Shown one piece after another: positions 1-10,212 of a stretch of 49,645 nt of DNA (position 1 is its first letter; the number at the start of each line of letters is the position of its first letter). Under the pieces are notes generated by a model, which worked only from the letters and a program-made list of their open reading frames with translations, made no database searches and was not told the DNA's origin. A program made the translations under genes and the position numbers. The stretch comes from Methylophilaceae bacterium (lineage in GTDB: Bacteria > Pseudomonadota > Gammaproteobacteria > Burkholderiales > Methylophilaceae): positions 1 to 49,645 of the forward strand of contig JANMBK010000002.1 of NCBI GenBank assembly GCA_031360365.1, in the 5' to 3' direction.

Positions 1-494
1 AAGTCTAATTGCTCATCTGTTGCGCCTAAATTGGCAAACAAATCAAAGGTGTGATTAATCACCCAATCAGTACGCGCGCCTGGGCGATCTACTTTATTGA
101 TTACCACGATTGGTTTTAAACCTAGTGCCAGCGCCTTTTTAGTGACAAAACGCGTTTGCGGCATTGGGCCTTCAACCGCGTCCACCAACAACACAACACC
201 ATCTACCATGCCTAATACGCGCTCTACTTCGCCGCCAAAGTCGGCGTGACCAGGTGTGTCCACAATATTAATGTGCGTACCTTCATAAACCACGGCGGTA
301 TTTTTAGCCAAAATAGTAATACCGCGTTCGCGTTCAAGGTCGTTGCTGTCCATCACGCGCTCCACCACGGCATGATGAGAAGCGAAAGTACCTGCTTGTT
401 GTAACAATTTATCTACCATAGTGGTTTTACCATGGTCAACGTGGGCGATAATTGCGACGTTGCGCAAATTGCGAGAATTAGGAGTGCTAGACAT
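1..494 (-). CDS. typA: Translational GTPase TypA/BipA, 5' part (runs off the left edge)
   Basis: Not in the ORF track. Manual translation from the ATG at 494 gives [25 protein letters not shown]...[13 protein letters not shown]...[14 protein letters not shown]...VINKVD, which contains the G1-G4 motifs typical of TypA. Confidence 0.95.
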   Translation of the reverse strand, partial: MSSTPNSRNLRNVAIIAHVDHGKTTMVDKLLQQAGTFASHHAVVERVMDSNDLERERGITILAKNTAVVYEGTHINIVDTPGHADFGGEVERVLGMVDGVVLLVDAVEGPMPQTRFVTKKALALGLKPIVVINKVDRPGARTDWVINHTFDLFANLGATDEQLD

Positions 495-570
495 ATGTGC
501 TGCCAAAGGTTTGAAAGGGCGCGATTCTAACACATTTCACCCCATATAAATTTGCAATAGCTTAATTAAT

Positions 571-598
571 TTGACATTTGCGCTTAAATGGTTATACT
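571..598 (+). promoter_or_regulatory. sigma70 promoter of the DEAD-box helicase operon
   Basis: TTGACA (571-576), 16-nt spacer, TATACT (593-598). Confidence 0.75.
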
Positions 599-898
599 GC
601 GCGCAAGTTATAACTTTTGCTTAATTAAGTTTTTAGTTTTTAAGACTTTAGTTTTAAACCCATCGCCCTGACCTTATTGTCGCTCGTGAAATGTTGAAGC
701 GACTATCATATAGACAAATGTCTATCTTTTACTGGTTAGCGGCTATGCCCGTGCGCTGGTAAAAAGCATCATTATTACTGTTTGATTAAATACAGTGCTT
801 TTCGCGTTTTATGTTGAAATTGATATGTTTAAAGCATAATTTCAATCTATATGTGTTTGCTTGCGCCCTTTTTTGTTTTTCATCGAAAGGGACATATT

Positions 899-2881
899 TT
901 GTCTTTAGAATTAAACACCCCAGAATTAAATACTTCAGAATCAACCTCAACAACGTCTAATGCTTTTGAAGCATTAAACTTACACCCAACTTTATTACGT
1001 GCCGTACTAGAAGCAGGCTATACAACGCCAACCGCGGTACAAGCGCAAGCAATACCTGATGCATTAAAAGGCCGTGACATTATGGCCTCTGCCCAAACTG
1101 GCACAGGCAAGACTGCTGCGTTTACACTGCCAGCACTTAACTTATTAGCCACTCCACACGCGTCTAACAGCCGTGGCCCACGTATTTTAGTACTCACTCC
1201 AACGCGCGAATTGGCTGCTCAAGTCAACGAAGCAGCGCGTAAATATGGTAAATATATCCGTGCTCGCACGGTCAGTATTGTCGGTGGCATGCCTTACCCA
1301 TTACAAAATAAATTGCTATCGCAACCACTCGATATTTTAGTGGCCACACCAGGTCGCTTTATTGACCACATGGAGCGCGGCCGCATTGACCTGAGCCGTT
1401 TGCAAATGTTAGTGCTAGATGAAGCCGATAGAATGCTCGATATGGGCTTTATGCCTGATGTTGAAAAAATTTGCGCCGCCTTGCCAAAAGAGCGTCAAAC
1501 GCTATTGTTCTCTGCCACGCTTGATGGCATCGGTCACATTGCGAAACAGTTTTTAAATAATCCAATCACGCTACAAGTGGCATCACAAAGAGAAAAACAT
1601 GCCAATATTGAGCAACGTTTACACTTTGTCGATGACATGACACATAAAAACAAATTATTAGAACATTTGTTAATTGCACCAGACATGAACCAAGCGATTA
1701 TTTTCACCAGCACCAAGCGTCATGCGGATGTATTGGCAGAAGACTTGTATGCCGCTGGCCATAAAACAGCTGCACTGCATGGTGACATGACACAAGGTGC
1801 ACGTAATCGCACGCTAACCAAATTACGTCATGGCGATGTAAAAGTATTGGTTGCAACCGATGTTGCGGCGCGCGGCATTGATGTGCAAGGCATTAGCCAT
1901 GTGATTAATTATGATTTACCTAAATTTGCTGAAGACTATGTGCACCGTATTGGCCGTACTGGCCGTGCGAATAACAAAGGCACTGCCATTTCGTTTGCAT
2001 CTAATATGGATAGACATTTATTGCGCAAAATTGAGCAATACACAGGCCAAAAATTAGAAGCAGCCGTGATTGAAGGCTTTGAGCCAAAACGTAGCTTTAC
2101 TTCAAGCAAGCCAGATGGTGCTAGACGTGGCAATGGCGACCGCGGTGGTTACGGCGCAGGCCGCAACGAACGCAGTGCGCACAAACCAGGTGATCGCGCT
2201 GGTTATCAATCGCGTGATGCTGGCCGTGACAATCGTGGTACATTTGGCGATAGAATTATGGGAGAGAAGCCAGCTGGTGAAAAATCTTACGGCGCACGTT
2301 CTGGCGGCTTTAACGACCGCAATAAAGAGCGCACAAATAGCGACACACGTTCTGCACGCCCTTACAATGATCGCCCAGCGTTTGGCGACCGCCCTGCTTT
2401 TGGTGACAAGCCAGCTTACAATGCAGGCCGCCCAGCACGCAATGACGCACCAAACCGTGAGCGCTTTTCTAACAATGCTAACGGCAGCAATGAATTTGCT
2501 GGCAACCGTGCACCGCGTGAAGCTTCGAGCGAAGTGAATGGAAATAGCCGCAGCTATACTAAAGACACCGATATGCAATTTGCTAAAGAGTTGAGCAAAG
2601 GTTTTGGTGACAGAAACAATGCTGCAAAACCATATGCACGCAAACCTGAAGGCGGCTTTGGTGATCGGGCAAATCGTTCATCGGCACCACGCTCATCTGC
2701 GCCACGATCTACAGCACCACGTGGTGATGCACCGCGTGCAGCTACTGGCGCTGCCACAGGCGAAAAATTTGGCAACCCACGCCCACGTACTAATCAAGCA
2801 AGTGGTGACCGTCCTACGCGTTCTGGCGGGGCCCAAAGTAATGGTGACAGTGCACCTCGTCGCCCACGTAGTTTTGCTTAA
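899..2881 (+). CDS. DEAD-box RNA helicase (RhlE/DeaD-like) with a long disordered Arg/Gly-rich C-terminal tail
   Basis: Q motif, GTGKT, PTRELA, DEAD, SAT and HRIGRTGR are all present. The likely start is TTG at 899 after SD AAAGGGA (886-892), not the ATG at 851. Confidence 0.92.
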   Translation: MSLELNTPELNTSESTSTTSNAFEALNLHPTLLRAVLEAGYTTPTAVQAQAIPDALKGRDIMASAQTGTGKTAAFTLPALNLLATPHASNSRGPRILVLTPTRELAAQVNEAARKYGKYIRARTVSIVGGMPYPLQNKLLSQPLDILVATPGRFIDHMERGRIDLSRLQMLVLDEADRMLDMGFMPDVEKICAALPKERQTLLFSATLDGIGHIAKQFLNNPITLQVASQREKHANIEQRLHFVDDMTHKNKLLEHLLIAPDMNQAIIFTSTKRHADVLAEDLYAAGHKTAALHGDMTQGARNRTLTKLRHGDVKVLVATDVAARGIDVQGISHVINYDLPKFAEDYVHRIGRTGRANNKGTAISFASNMDRHLLRKIEQYTGQKLEAAVIEGFEPKRSFTSSKPDGARRGNGDRGGYGAGRNERSAHKPGDRAGYQSRDAGRDNRGTFGDRIMGEKPAGEKSYGARSGGFNDRNKERTNSDTRSARPYNDRPAFGDRPAFGDKPAYNAGRPARNDAPNRERFSNNANGSNEFAGNRAPREASSEVNGNSRSYTKDTDMQFAKELSKGFGDRNNAAKPYARKPEGGFGDRANRSSAPRSSAPRSTAPRGDAPRAATGAATGEKFGNPRPRTNQASGDRPTRSGGAQSNGDSAPRRPRSFA

Positions 2882-2890
2882 GTTTTAAAC

Positions 2891-4330
2891 ATGGCGACTG
2901 AAATAATGACAACTGAAATTACGCAGTTTGATGAACTAGGTTTGGCTGCACCGCTTCTCAAAGCGGTGCAGGAAACAGGCTACACCACGCCCACACCCAT
3001 TCAAGCTAAGGCTATTCCATTGGCCATGCAAGGCTTAGATTTAATGGCAGGTGCGCAAACTGGTACTGGTAAAACGGCAGCTTTTGCGCTGCCGATTTTA
3101 CAAAAATTATTACCGTTTGCTAGCACTAGTACCAGCCCTGCCAAGCACCCAATACGTGCCTTAGTACTTACACCAACGCGTGAATTGGCGATTCAGGTAG
3201 AAGAAAGTGTTAAGGTTTACGCCAAACATACACCGCTAAAAAGCTTGGTCGTATTTGGTGGCGTAGATATAAAAACGCAAACACCGCACTTAAAAACCGG
3301 TGTAGAAATTTTGGTGGCTACACCAGGCCGTTTGCTAGACCATGTGGAGCAAAAAACGCTTAACTTAGGTCAAGTACAAATTTTGGTGTTGGATGAAGCC
3401 GATAGAATGCTGGACATGGGCTTCATGCCCGATTTAAAACGCATTTTAGCTTTGTTGCCAAAACAACGTCAAAACCTCATGTTTTCAGCCACATTTTCAA
3501 ATGAAATCAAAAAGTTAGCGGATGATTTCTTAACGAATCCAACGTTGATAGAAGTTGCTCGTAGCAATGCCACAGCCGAAAATGTGTCGCAAAAAGTTTA
3601 TTTGGTTGAGCAAAGCAAAAAACAAGCGTTGCTGACACAATTGCTAAAAGCTGACGACAATAAGCAAGTCATTATCTTTACTAAAACAAAAATCACAGCC
3701 AGCAGACTCAGCAAAGCCTTGCATAAAGATGGCATTGCGGCAGAATCAATTCACGGTGACAAAAGCCAAAAAGAGCGTTTAGAAGCTTTGGATGCGTTTA
3801 AGGCAGGCAAAATTACTGCACTGGTAGCAACAGACGTTGCTGCGCGTGGCTTAGACATTAGCGATTTGCCGATGGTGATTAACTATGAGATTCCATCTGC
3901 ACCAGAAGATTATGTACATCGCATAGGCCGTACCGGCCGCGCAGGTGCGAGTGGTGTGGCAATCTCATTGGTGTGCGAAGATGAAGAAAAATACTTGGTT
4001 GAAATTGAAAAGCTAATTAAACGTAGTATAGACAAAGAAACCGCTGACATTAAAGCACCTGCGCGCAAGTCCAGCGTCCATGCGGCTCGCGAACATGCTC
4101 AAAGCAGCACGGCAGTTGAATCAAATAGAACTCAATCAAACATAACTAAGTATGATTCTGGACACGAATCTAGACCGCGGCAACACACACGCAAACCTGC
4201 GGCTGACCCTTGGTTTGATAAGCCTTACGAGCCAGCTAAAAACAGCACAGAAAACAGCAAAAACTCTTCTATTATTAACCGCAAACTACCAGTGGCGGCT
4301 CTGCTGGGTGGTTTAAGGCCTAATAAATAA
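2891..4330 (+). CDS. rhlE: DEAD-box RNA helicase, RhlE family
   Basis: GTGKT, PTRELA, DEAD, SAT and HRIGRTGRAG motifs; C-terminal DPWFDKPYEP...VAALLGG tail. Confidence 0.88.
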   Translation: MATEIMTTEITQFDELGLAAPLLKAVQETGYTTPTPIQAKAIPLAMQGLDLMAGAQTGTGKTAAFALPILQKLLPFASTSTSPAKHPIRALVLTPTRELAIQVEESVKVYAKHTPLKSLVVFGGVDIKTQTPHLKTGVEILVATPGRLLDHVEQKTLNLGQVQILVLDEADRMLDMGFMPDLKRILALLPKQRQNLMFSATFSNEIKKLADDFLTNPTLIEVARSNATAENVSQKVYLVEQSKKQALLTQLLKADDNKQVIIFTKTKITASRLSKALHKDGIAAESIHGDKSQKERLEALDAFKAGKITALVATDVAARGLDISDLPMVINYEIPSAPEDYVHRIGRTGRAGASGVAISLVCEDEEKYLVEIEKLIKRSIDKETADIKAPARKSSVHAAREHAQSSTAVESNRTQSNITKYDSGHESRPRQHTRKPAADPWFDKPYEPAKNSTENSKNSSIINRKLPVAALLGGLRPNK

Positions 4331-4358
4331 TATTAAGCTATCGCTCTAGAGCGTTAAC

Positions 4359-4385
4359 AAAAAAGCCTCAGAAATGAGGCTTTTT
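4359..4385. terminator. Bidirectional rho-independent terminator
   Basis: AAAAAAGCCTCA-GAAA-TGAGGCTTTTT between convergent genes. Confidence 0.9.
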
Positions 4386-4401
4386 AATACGCAATTTTTG
4401 C

Positions 4402-6558
4402 TCATTGCTTTTTACTACCATTCTTTTTTAGCCAAGTTTCCATCTCTTTGGCCTCAATCGGTGGCGAATAAAAGTAGCCTTGCACATTTTTGCAGCCACT
4501 CGCCGCTAAAATATCTGCTTGCATTTGGTTTTCTACGCCCTCGCCCACCAACTGCAAGCCCAGCGCATCACCAAGCGCTACAATCGCTTTTACAATCACG
4601 CGGTCTTCTGCACTATTAACCAAACCATCTACAAAGCTACGATCAATCTTCACCTCATCCACAGCCCAACGCTTAAGATATAACAACGATGAGTGTCCCA
4701 TACCAAAATCATCTAACGAGATACTAAAACCCGCCTCTTTAATTTGGTGCATATTCTTTTTAACCGTATCACCCTCTTCTAACAACGCATGCTCGGTAAT
4801 CTCAACGCATAGCATACTCGGCTCAAGACCATACTTAGCCGCTGTACTAATCAATGTTTTTACCAGTGTTTGCGAGCGTAAATGCCGCGCAGAAATATTG
4901 ATTGAAACACGTGGTACGCTTAAACCTTTGTCGAGCCAAGCGCGTATTTGCTTACAGGCTGCTTCAGTAACAAATTCACCTATTTGATTAATCAGCGCGG
5001 ATTGTTCGGCAATTTTTATAAACTCAAGCGGTGGAATCAGACCGCGCTCTGGATGGCGCCAGCGCAGTAAGACCTCCATGCCCGTTAATTGATTTTTAGT
5101 GTTTTCCACCTGTGGTTGAAACAACACAAAAAACTGCTCGTCTTTAAAAGCATGACGAATGCCATTTTCCATGTCCAACCACTGATGTGCAATAAAATTA
5201 AGGTTGCTGGTGTAAAACTCAAAATCGTTGCGGCCATTTTGTTTGGCGCGGTACATCGCCAAATCAGCATATACCATTAACGTTTGTGGGTCGGTAGTAT
5301 CATCTGGATACACACTAACGCCTATACTAGTCGTGCAGTACACTTTTTGCTGTTGTATTTCAAATGGCACAGAAAATGCAGAGATAATATCGCGTACCAG
5401 CCTATGTCCATCTTGTGGAGAAGCACCTTCCATCACCATCACAAACTCATCGCCGCCTAATCGACACAGCGCATCCGTTGCGCGCGCTTTTTCACTAATG
5501 CGCTTAGTCGCCATAATCAACAATTGATCACCCGCCTCGTGACCCAGCGTGTCATTGACCAATTTAAATTTATCTAAATCAAAAAATAATAACAATACTT
5601 GGGAAGAAGTTCGCCCTGCTTTTGCAATGGCGTGTTCTAAGCGTTGTCTAAATAAATTACGGTTTGGTAAGCCTGTTAAGTCGTCATGTGAGGCTAAAAA
5701 TTCTACTTTGCGGTTGAGCGCGACCATTTCGCTCACATCGCGTCCAACGCCTCGGTAGCCACTAAAATTTCCATTCAGCTCAAATATTGGCTTACCAGAA
5801 ACACGCAAATACACCAATTTGCCTTGCTCGTCGGTAAAGTGCACCACATAATCAGAAAAACGTTTATGTGCTTGCAAAGTTTTAAGCATTTCGTTAGAGG
5901 AGTGGCTATGACAGGCTTCTGCTAAATCGGTCAAACTATAAAAGTTTAACCCCTCTGGACCACCAGTTAGCGCATTAATCTTGTGTTGTTGGTTAGATTC
6001 CCAAAACCAATCGGCGGATGCTTCGGCAAAATCTCTAAAGCGCGCTTCACTTTCTATTAGCTTTGCTTTTTCTTCATTCAGCTCTATCAGTTTTTTATCC
6101 AATTTACCTCGCACCAAATCTACATGTTGCTTGTCTAGTTTAAGTGGGCTACCACGATAAAGCCCACGATTTTTTGGCCCCCTGCCCGCCTCTTCAGATT
6201 CAAGCACTTGCCTGATGACTTTTAATAAATCTGGCATTAACATGGGCTTAATAATGAATTTATTGGCGCCTAATGCAATCGCAAAACGCTCATCTTGCGG
6301 GGTGGTATAGGTAGCAGTATAAAAAATAAAAGGAATTTTTTGCAAGGCATGGTTTTGCTTGAGAGCGCGGCATAAACCATAGCCATCAAGTTCTGGCATT
6401 AAAATATCAGAGATAATTAAATCGACAGGTTCAATCTGTAAATAAGACAAGGCTTTTAAGCCATCATCAAAGCTGACTGTTTCATAGCCCTCACCAGACA
6501 ATTCTGCCTCTAACAATTGTCTAGAATTTTCATCATCCTCAGCCACTAAAATTTTCAT
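4402..6558 (-). CDS. REC-PAS-GGDEF-EAL response regulator (diguanylate cyclase/phosphodiesterase)
   Basis: N-terminal receiver (VAEDD...SDILMP...KP), PAS-like DWFWE segment, DDLTGLPNR, RLGGDEF, EVLLRW and LDDFGMG. Confidence 0.93.
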   Translation of the reverse strand: MKILVAEDDENSRQLLEAELSGEGYETVSFDDGLKALSYLQIEPVDLIISDILMPELDGYGLCRALKQNHALQKIPFIFYTATYTTPQDERFAIALGANKFIIKPMLMPDLLKVIRQVLESEEAGRGPKNRGLYRGSPLKLDKQHVDLVRGKLDKKLIELNEEKAKLIESEARFRDFAEASADWFWESNQQHKINALTGGPEGLNFYSLTDLAEACHSHSSNEMLKTLQAHKRFSDYVVHFTDEQGKLVYLRVSGKPIFELNGNFSGYRGVGRDVSEMVALNRKVEFLASHDDLTGLPNRNLFRQRLEHAIAKAGRTSSQVLLLFFDLDKFKLVNDTLGHEAGDQLLIMATKRISEKARATDALCRLGGDEFVMVMEGASPQDGHRLVRDIISAFSVPFEIQQQKVYCTTSIGVSVYPDDTTDPQTLMVYADLAMYRAKQNGRNDFEFYTSNLNFIAHQWLDMENGIRHAFKDEQFFVLFQPQVENTKNQLTGMEVLLRWRHPERGLIPPLEFIKIAEQSALINQIGEFVTEAACKQIRAWLDKGLSVPRVSINISARHLRSQTLVKTLISTAAKYGLEPSMLCVEITEHALLEEGDTVKKNMHQIKEAGFSISLDDFGMGHSSLLYLKRWAVDEVKIDRSFVDGLVNSAEDRVIVKAIVALGDALGLQLVGEGVENQMQADILAASGCKNVQGYFYSPPIEAKEMETWLKKNGSKKQ

Positions 6559-6564
6559 TTTTAT

Positions 6565-6936
6565 TTATCTTTCACTACTTATTGCGGCTTCAATTTGTCC
6601 AATTACTAAACTAGGTTCAATTGGTTTTTCAATATAGGCGGTGCAGCCTTCTGCTAATAATTTTTCTTTATCTCCTGACATTGCGTACGACGTCATCGCA
6701 ATAATTGGTATGGTTGCACCCACAGAAGACGCACGAATGCGTTTTAGCACTTCAAGCCCATTAATATCTGGTAATTGTATATCTAAAATAATAAAATCGG
6801 GTGGAATACTTAATGCCTGCTGCGCGCCTTCTAGTCCAGTCATAGCAAAGCGTGTTTTGTAGCCAGCTTGCTCTAATATAAATCGAATCAGCTCCAAGTT
6901 ATTGTCGTTGTCCTCGATAATTAGGGCAGTCGTCAT
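6565..6936 (-). CDS. Single-domain response regulator (DivK/CheY-like)
   Basis: IIEDN, LDIQLP, MTS and EKP receiver motifs; 4-nt overlap with the upstream kinase stop. Confidence 0.92.
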   Translation of the reverse strand: MTTALIIEDNDNNLELIRFILEQAGYKTRFAMTGLEGAQQALSIPPDFIILDIQLPDINGLEVLKRIRASSVGATIPIIAMTSYAMSGDKEKLLAEGCTAYIEKPIEPSLVIGQIEAAISSER

Positions 6937-9620
6937 GGTGCTGTATCCTCCAAAATTGAGGTGTAGTTTTGCATGACAATTTCAGGCAGTTTAATGGGTA
7001 CGCGTATGGTGAAAATGCTGCCTTGACCTATTTTGCTCCTGACTGAAATTTCGCCTCCCAACAGTTGTACCAAAATTTTTCGGGTTAGATACAGTCCCAA
7101 TCCTGTACCTAAGGTTTTAATTTTTAAATGAGATTCTATACGCTCAAATGGTTTAAATAGTTTTTCTAAACCTGCTTCATTGATACCAATACCAGTATCT
7201 TCTACTGCAATTATCAGCATTTCATTACTAATACTCACCATCACTTTCGCTGCGCCTTGCTCGGTATATTTTAAGCCATTGCTCACTACATTCAATACAA
7301 CTTGATACAGGCGTTTGCGATCTGTTTCTGAGTAGATATCATCAGGACACATCACCGCTAATTCCAGGTCTTTCTCTTCCGCCAAGTGTTGAACAGCGTG
7401 TTGTACTTCGTTAAACAACAAAGAGAGTTTAAATTTTTCAACATGCACTTGTAAAAAACCAGCCTCAATTTTAGAGATATCAATGACATCAGTAATCAAC
7501 GATAACAAATGTTTAGATGAGTAATAAGCGCGCCCAAGCTGGTCTTTTTGCTTTACATTTAACTCACCAGACATACCTTGTAGTACTACGCCTAAAAAAC
7601 CAATAATGGAGTTTAAAGGGGTGCCTAACTCGTGTGACATCGAAGCCACAAACATCGATTTAATACGATCAGCCGATTCTGCAGCCTAGCGTGCTTTGAC
7701 TAAAGTAGCCTGTAGTGTTTTTTGTTGAGTAATATTTTGCGCAATCGCTACCATTTGACCGAGCTGTTTATCCGCATCATCTGTCACCATGCCAACAGAG
7801 CATAAATGCACAAATTTTTCTCCTTTCACTGTTTGCAGCGTTAGCTCTACATCGCGAAACATTTCACCTTTTAAGGTGCGCGCTGCCATTGAAACCGCTT
7901 TTTTACGTGATTCCATAGCAACAATGGTCTTTAAAAAATTTTCATCTATTAAGTCATCTCTGCTGGTGCCAAATGCTGTCGCTGCTTATGGCTTAACTTC
8001 AATCATTTCACCATTTTTTTTAAGTACTAAAATAGGAATAGGTGCATGTTGCAGCACATAGTTGTAGCGCTTTTCACTTTGCGCTAGTAACAATGATCGT
8101 TCATCCACCATTTTAGCTAGCTTGTCGCTGTATTGCTGTAGCTCAAACTGTGCATCGCGACGCAAGCTTGTTTCCATCACTATTCGACTTAGATCGGCAA
8201 TTGATTCAGCAAAACTCTGCTCGTCCAGCGTCCATTTTCGTGTGCCACCTACATGCTCATGGCACACCACGCCGATACTTTTACCGTTTAAACGAATGGT
8301 ACTATCTAGCATGGCGCCTATATTGTTTTGTTGCAAGTAGCCATGGGTAAACTCTTCTGTGCAATCGTGTTGCATCGCATCCTCCACCGCAATCACACGA
8401 TGCCTTGCCAGTGCATTAAAGTAATTAGGAAAGTCGTCCGCCCACAAAGTAGATGTTGTTGAATAGTTATTCTCAGATGCTGAGTACAGACACATGCAAT
8501 TAAGCTGTTTACAATCTTCATCAAACAGCCAAATACTTACTCGCTCTACATCCAAGGTGTTTGCTGCTACCTTTGCATAGTTTTTATAAATTTTATCTAG
8601 CGATTCTTCATCACGCAACTGGATTTGCGTGAGTAAAGCCAAGGCATTTTGTTGCTTAATCAGCCTTGCATTTTGCTTATTAATATTATCTTTAAGCCAG
8701 CCTGCCATCCAAGCAAATGTCAGCAAACCAACTAAAATTAACCATACACGGACATCTTTAAAAAAAGGTTTATTAGCAAAAGGACCAATAATCCAGCGAT
8801 TATGAATTTCCTCGCGCGTTTTGACATCTATTTCTGCCAACGACTTTTCTAAGATGCCATGTAACTGTGGCTCATATTTGCTGCTAGCGATGCTAATTTG
8901 GTGTTTGTAAGGCAACTCACCCGCTACTTTTAAGCCTGTTAGTTGGGCTTTATTTGACCAGTAGCTGGTTACTGGCAAATCACTGACAAAGCCTTGCACC
9001 TCGCCAAAGGCCACTTTTTTAAGCCTTCTTGAGTGGTGTTAACTAAAATCAACTCTAAATTGGGGTGGTCGCTGGCAAATAGCTCGCGCGCTGCGTAGTA
9101 GTTAACAACAGCAATTTTTACATTGCCAATATGACTTAAGTTGCTGGTCATTTTGCTATCTTGGCGCACAATTAAATGTAAGGTTGAAACCATATAGGGC
9201 TTGGTAAAATGCCAATATTTCAGCCGTTCTGGCGTTTCAGCAAAATCTACCACCATATTCACATGTTTAGTCAGTGGATCATTTGCAGCGCGCTCAGCTT
9301 TGCTGGGCAAAACAAGTTTTGAACTTAAATGTTGGATTGATGGCTTTAAGCTGCTCTTCAATTTGCGCAAGATAATCTGCTGAAATGCCTGCATGCTTGC
9401 CATCATCTTGCATAAAACTGATAGGTGCGTAATCGGCAGAAACGGCGACTTTAATATTGGAATTAAGTTTAAGCCATTCAATCTCAGCTTGGGTGTATTT
9501 AGTTTGAGCAGCAAAGACATTACTACTTAGAATGCCAAATAATAGGCTGATCAGCAGCGCAAATAACCACGATTTTTTATGGCAACGATGTTTATACCAA
9601 CGATGTTTATACGTAGTCAT
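6933..9620 (-). pseudogene. Disrupted sensor histidine kinase (periplasmic SBP-type domain, TM, GAF, PAS, HisKA, HATPase), about 895 codons
   Basis: Five track ORFs join into one gene. Lesions: +1 in the A4 run (9317-9320), -1 in the A6 run (9015-9020), in-frame TAA (7986-7988), in-frame TAG (7686-7688). The H-box reads HELGTPL instead of HELRTPL. Confidence 0.88.
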
Positions 9621-9786
9621 GCCCAAAAAATTCAACCCTATGTTTTTTATAGTTATAAAATGAATTGCAAGGAAATCTTAACGGGATACTACATTAAAAA
9701 TAAAGAATACTATTTATTATTAGGATTATTCGGTGCACCAAGTTACAGACTACTTAAGCTAATAACTTGTTTAAGCATGCCATTAG

Positions 9787-10212
9787 CTAACTATGTTGAT
9801 TGCGCATAAAGTCAGCAACACCATAGAGTTGTTGTGCCAGTTTTTTAATCAACATTTCTTCTAGTTGCAATGCATGCATCGCTTTTAGCATACAAGTAAT
9901 CCATTGGTCACGTTCTGATTCGCCAATGTTAAACGGCATATGGCGCTGACGTAATCTTGGGTGACCGTAACGCTCTACATATAACTGCGGCCCGCCTGTC
10001 CATCCTGTTAAAAACATAAATAACTTTTCGCGTGATGAGGTTAAATCTACAGGATGCAAAGCGCGTATTGGTGAGGCTTGTGGGTCGGCGTCCATAATGT
10101 CATAAAATGTTTCTACCAAAACGCGGATTTTTTCGGTGCCGCCTTGCGCGCCACCCAACAGCTCGTAGAAGGTAGATTTAGTGCTACCTACTTCTTCTAT
10201 TTTATCCAGCAT
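9787..10212 (-). CDS. Group II truncated hemoglobin (trHbO)
   Basis: [31 protein letters not shown] and ERDQW motifs. Confidence 0.92.
   Translation of the reverse strand: MLDKIEEVGSTKSTFYELLGGAQGGTEKIRVLVETFYDIMDADPQASPIRALHPVDLTSSREKLFMFLTGWTGGPQLYVERYGHPRLRQRHMPFNIGESERDQWITCMLKAMHALQLEEMLIKKLAQQLYGVADFMRNQHS

Noticed and set aside
851-898. N-terminal extension MCLLAPFFVFHRKGHI of the first helicase
   Set aside because: A good SD precedes TTG at 899; the upstream stretch is better read as leader RNA.
7686-7988. Stop-codon readthrough or an alternative genetic code in the kinase
   Set aside because: Two different stops (TAG and TAA) plus two frameshifts occur in one gene, and TAA/TAG end other genes normally; decay is the simpler explanation.
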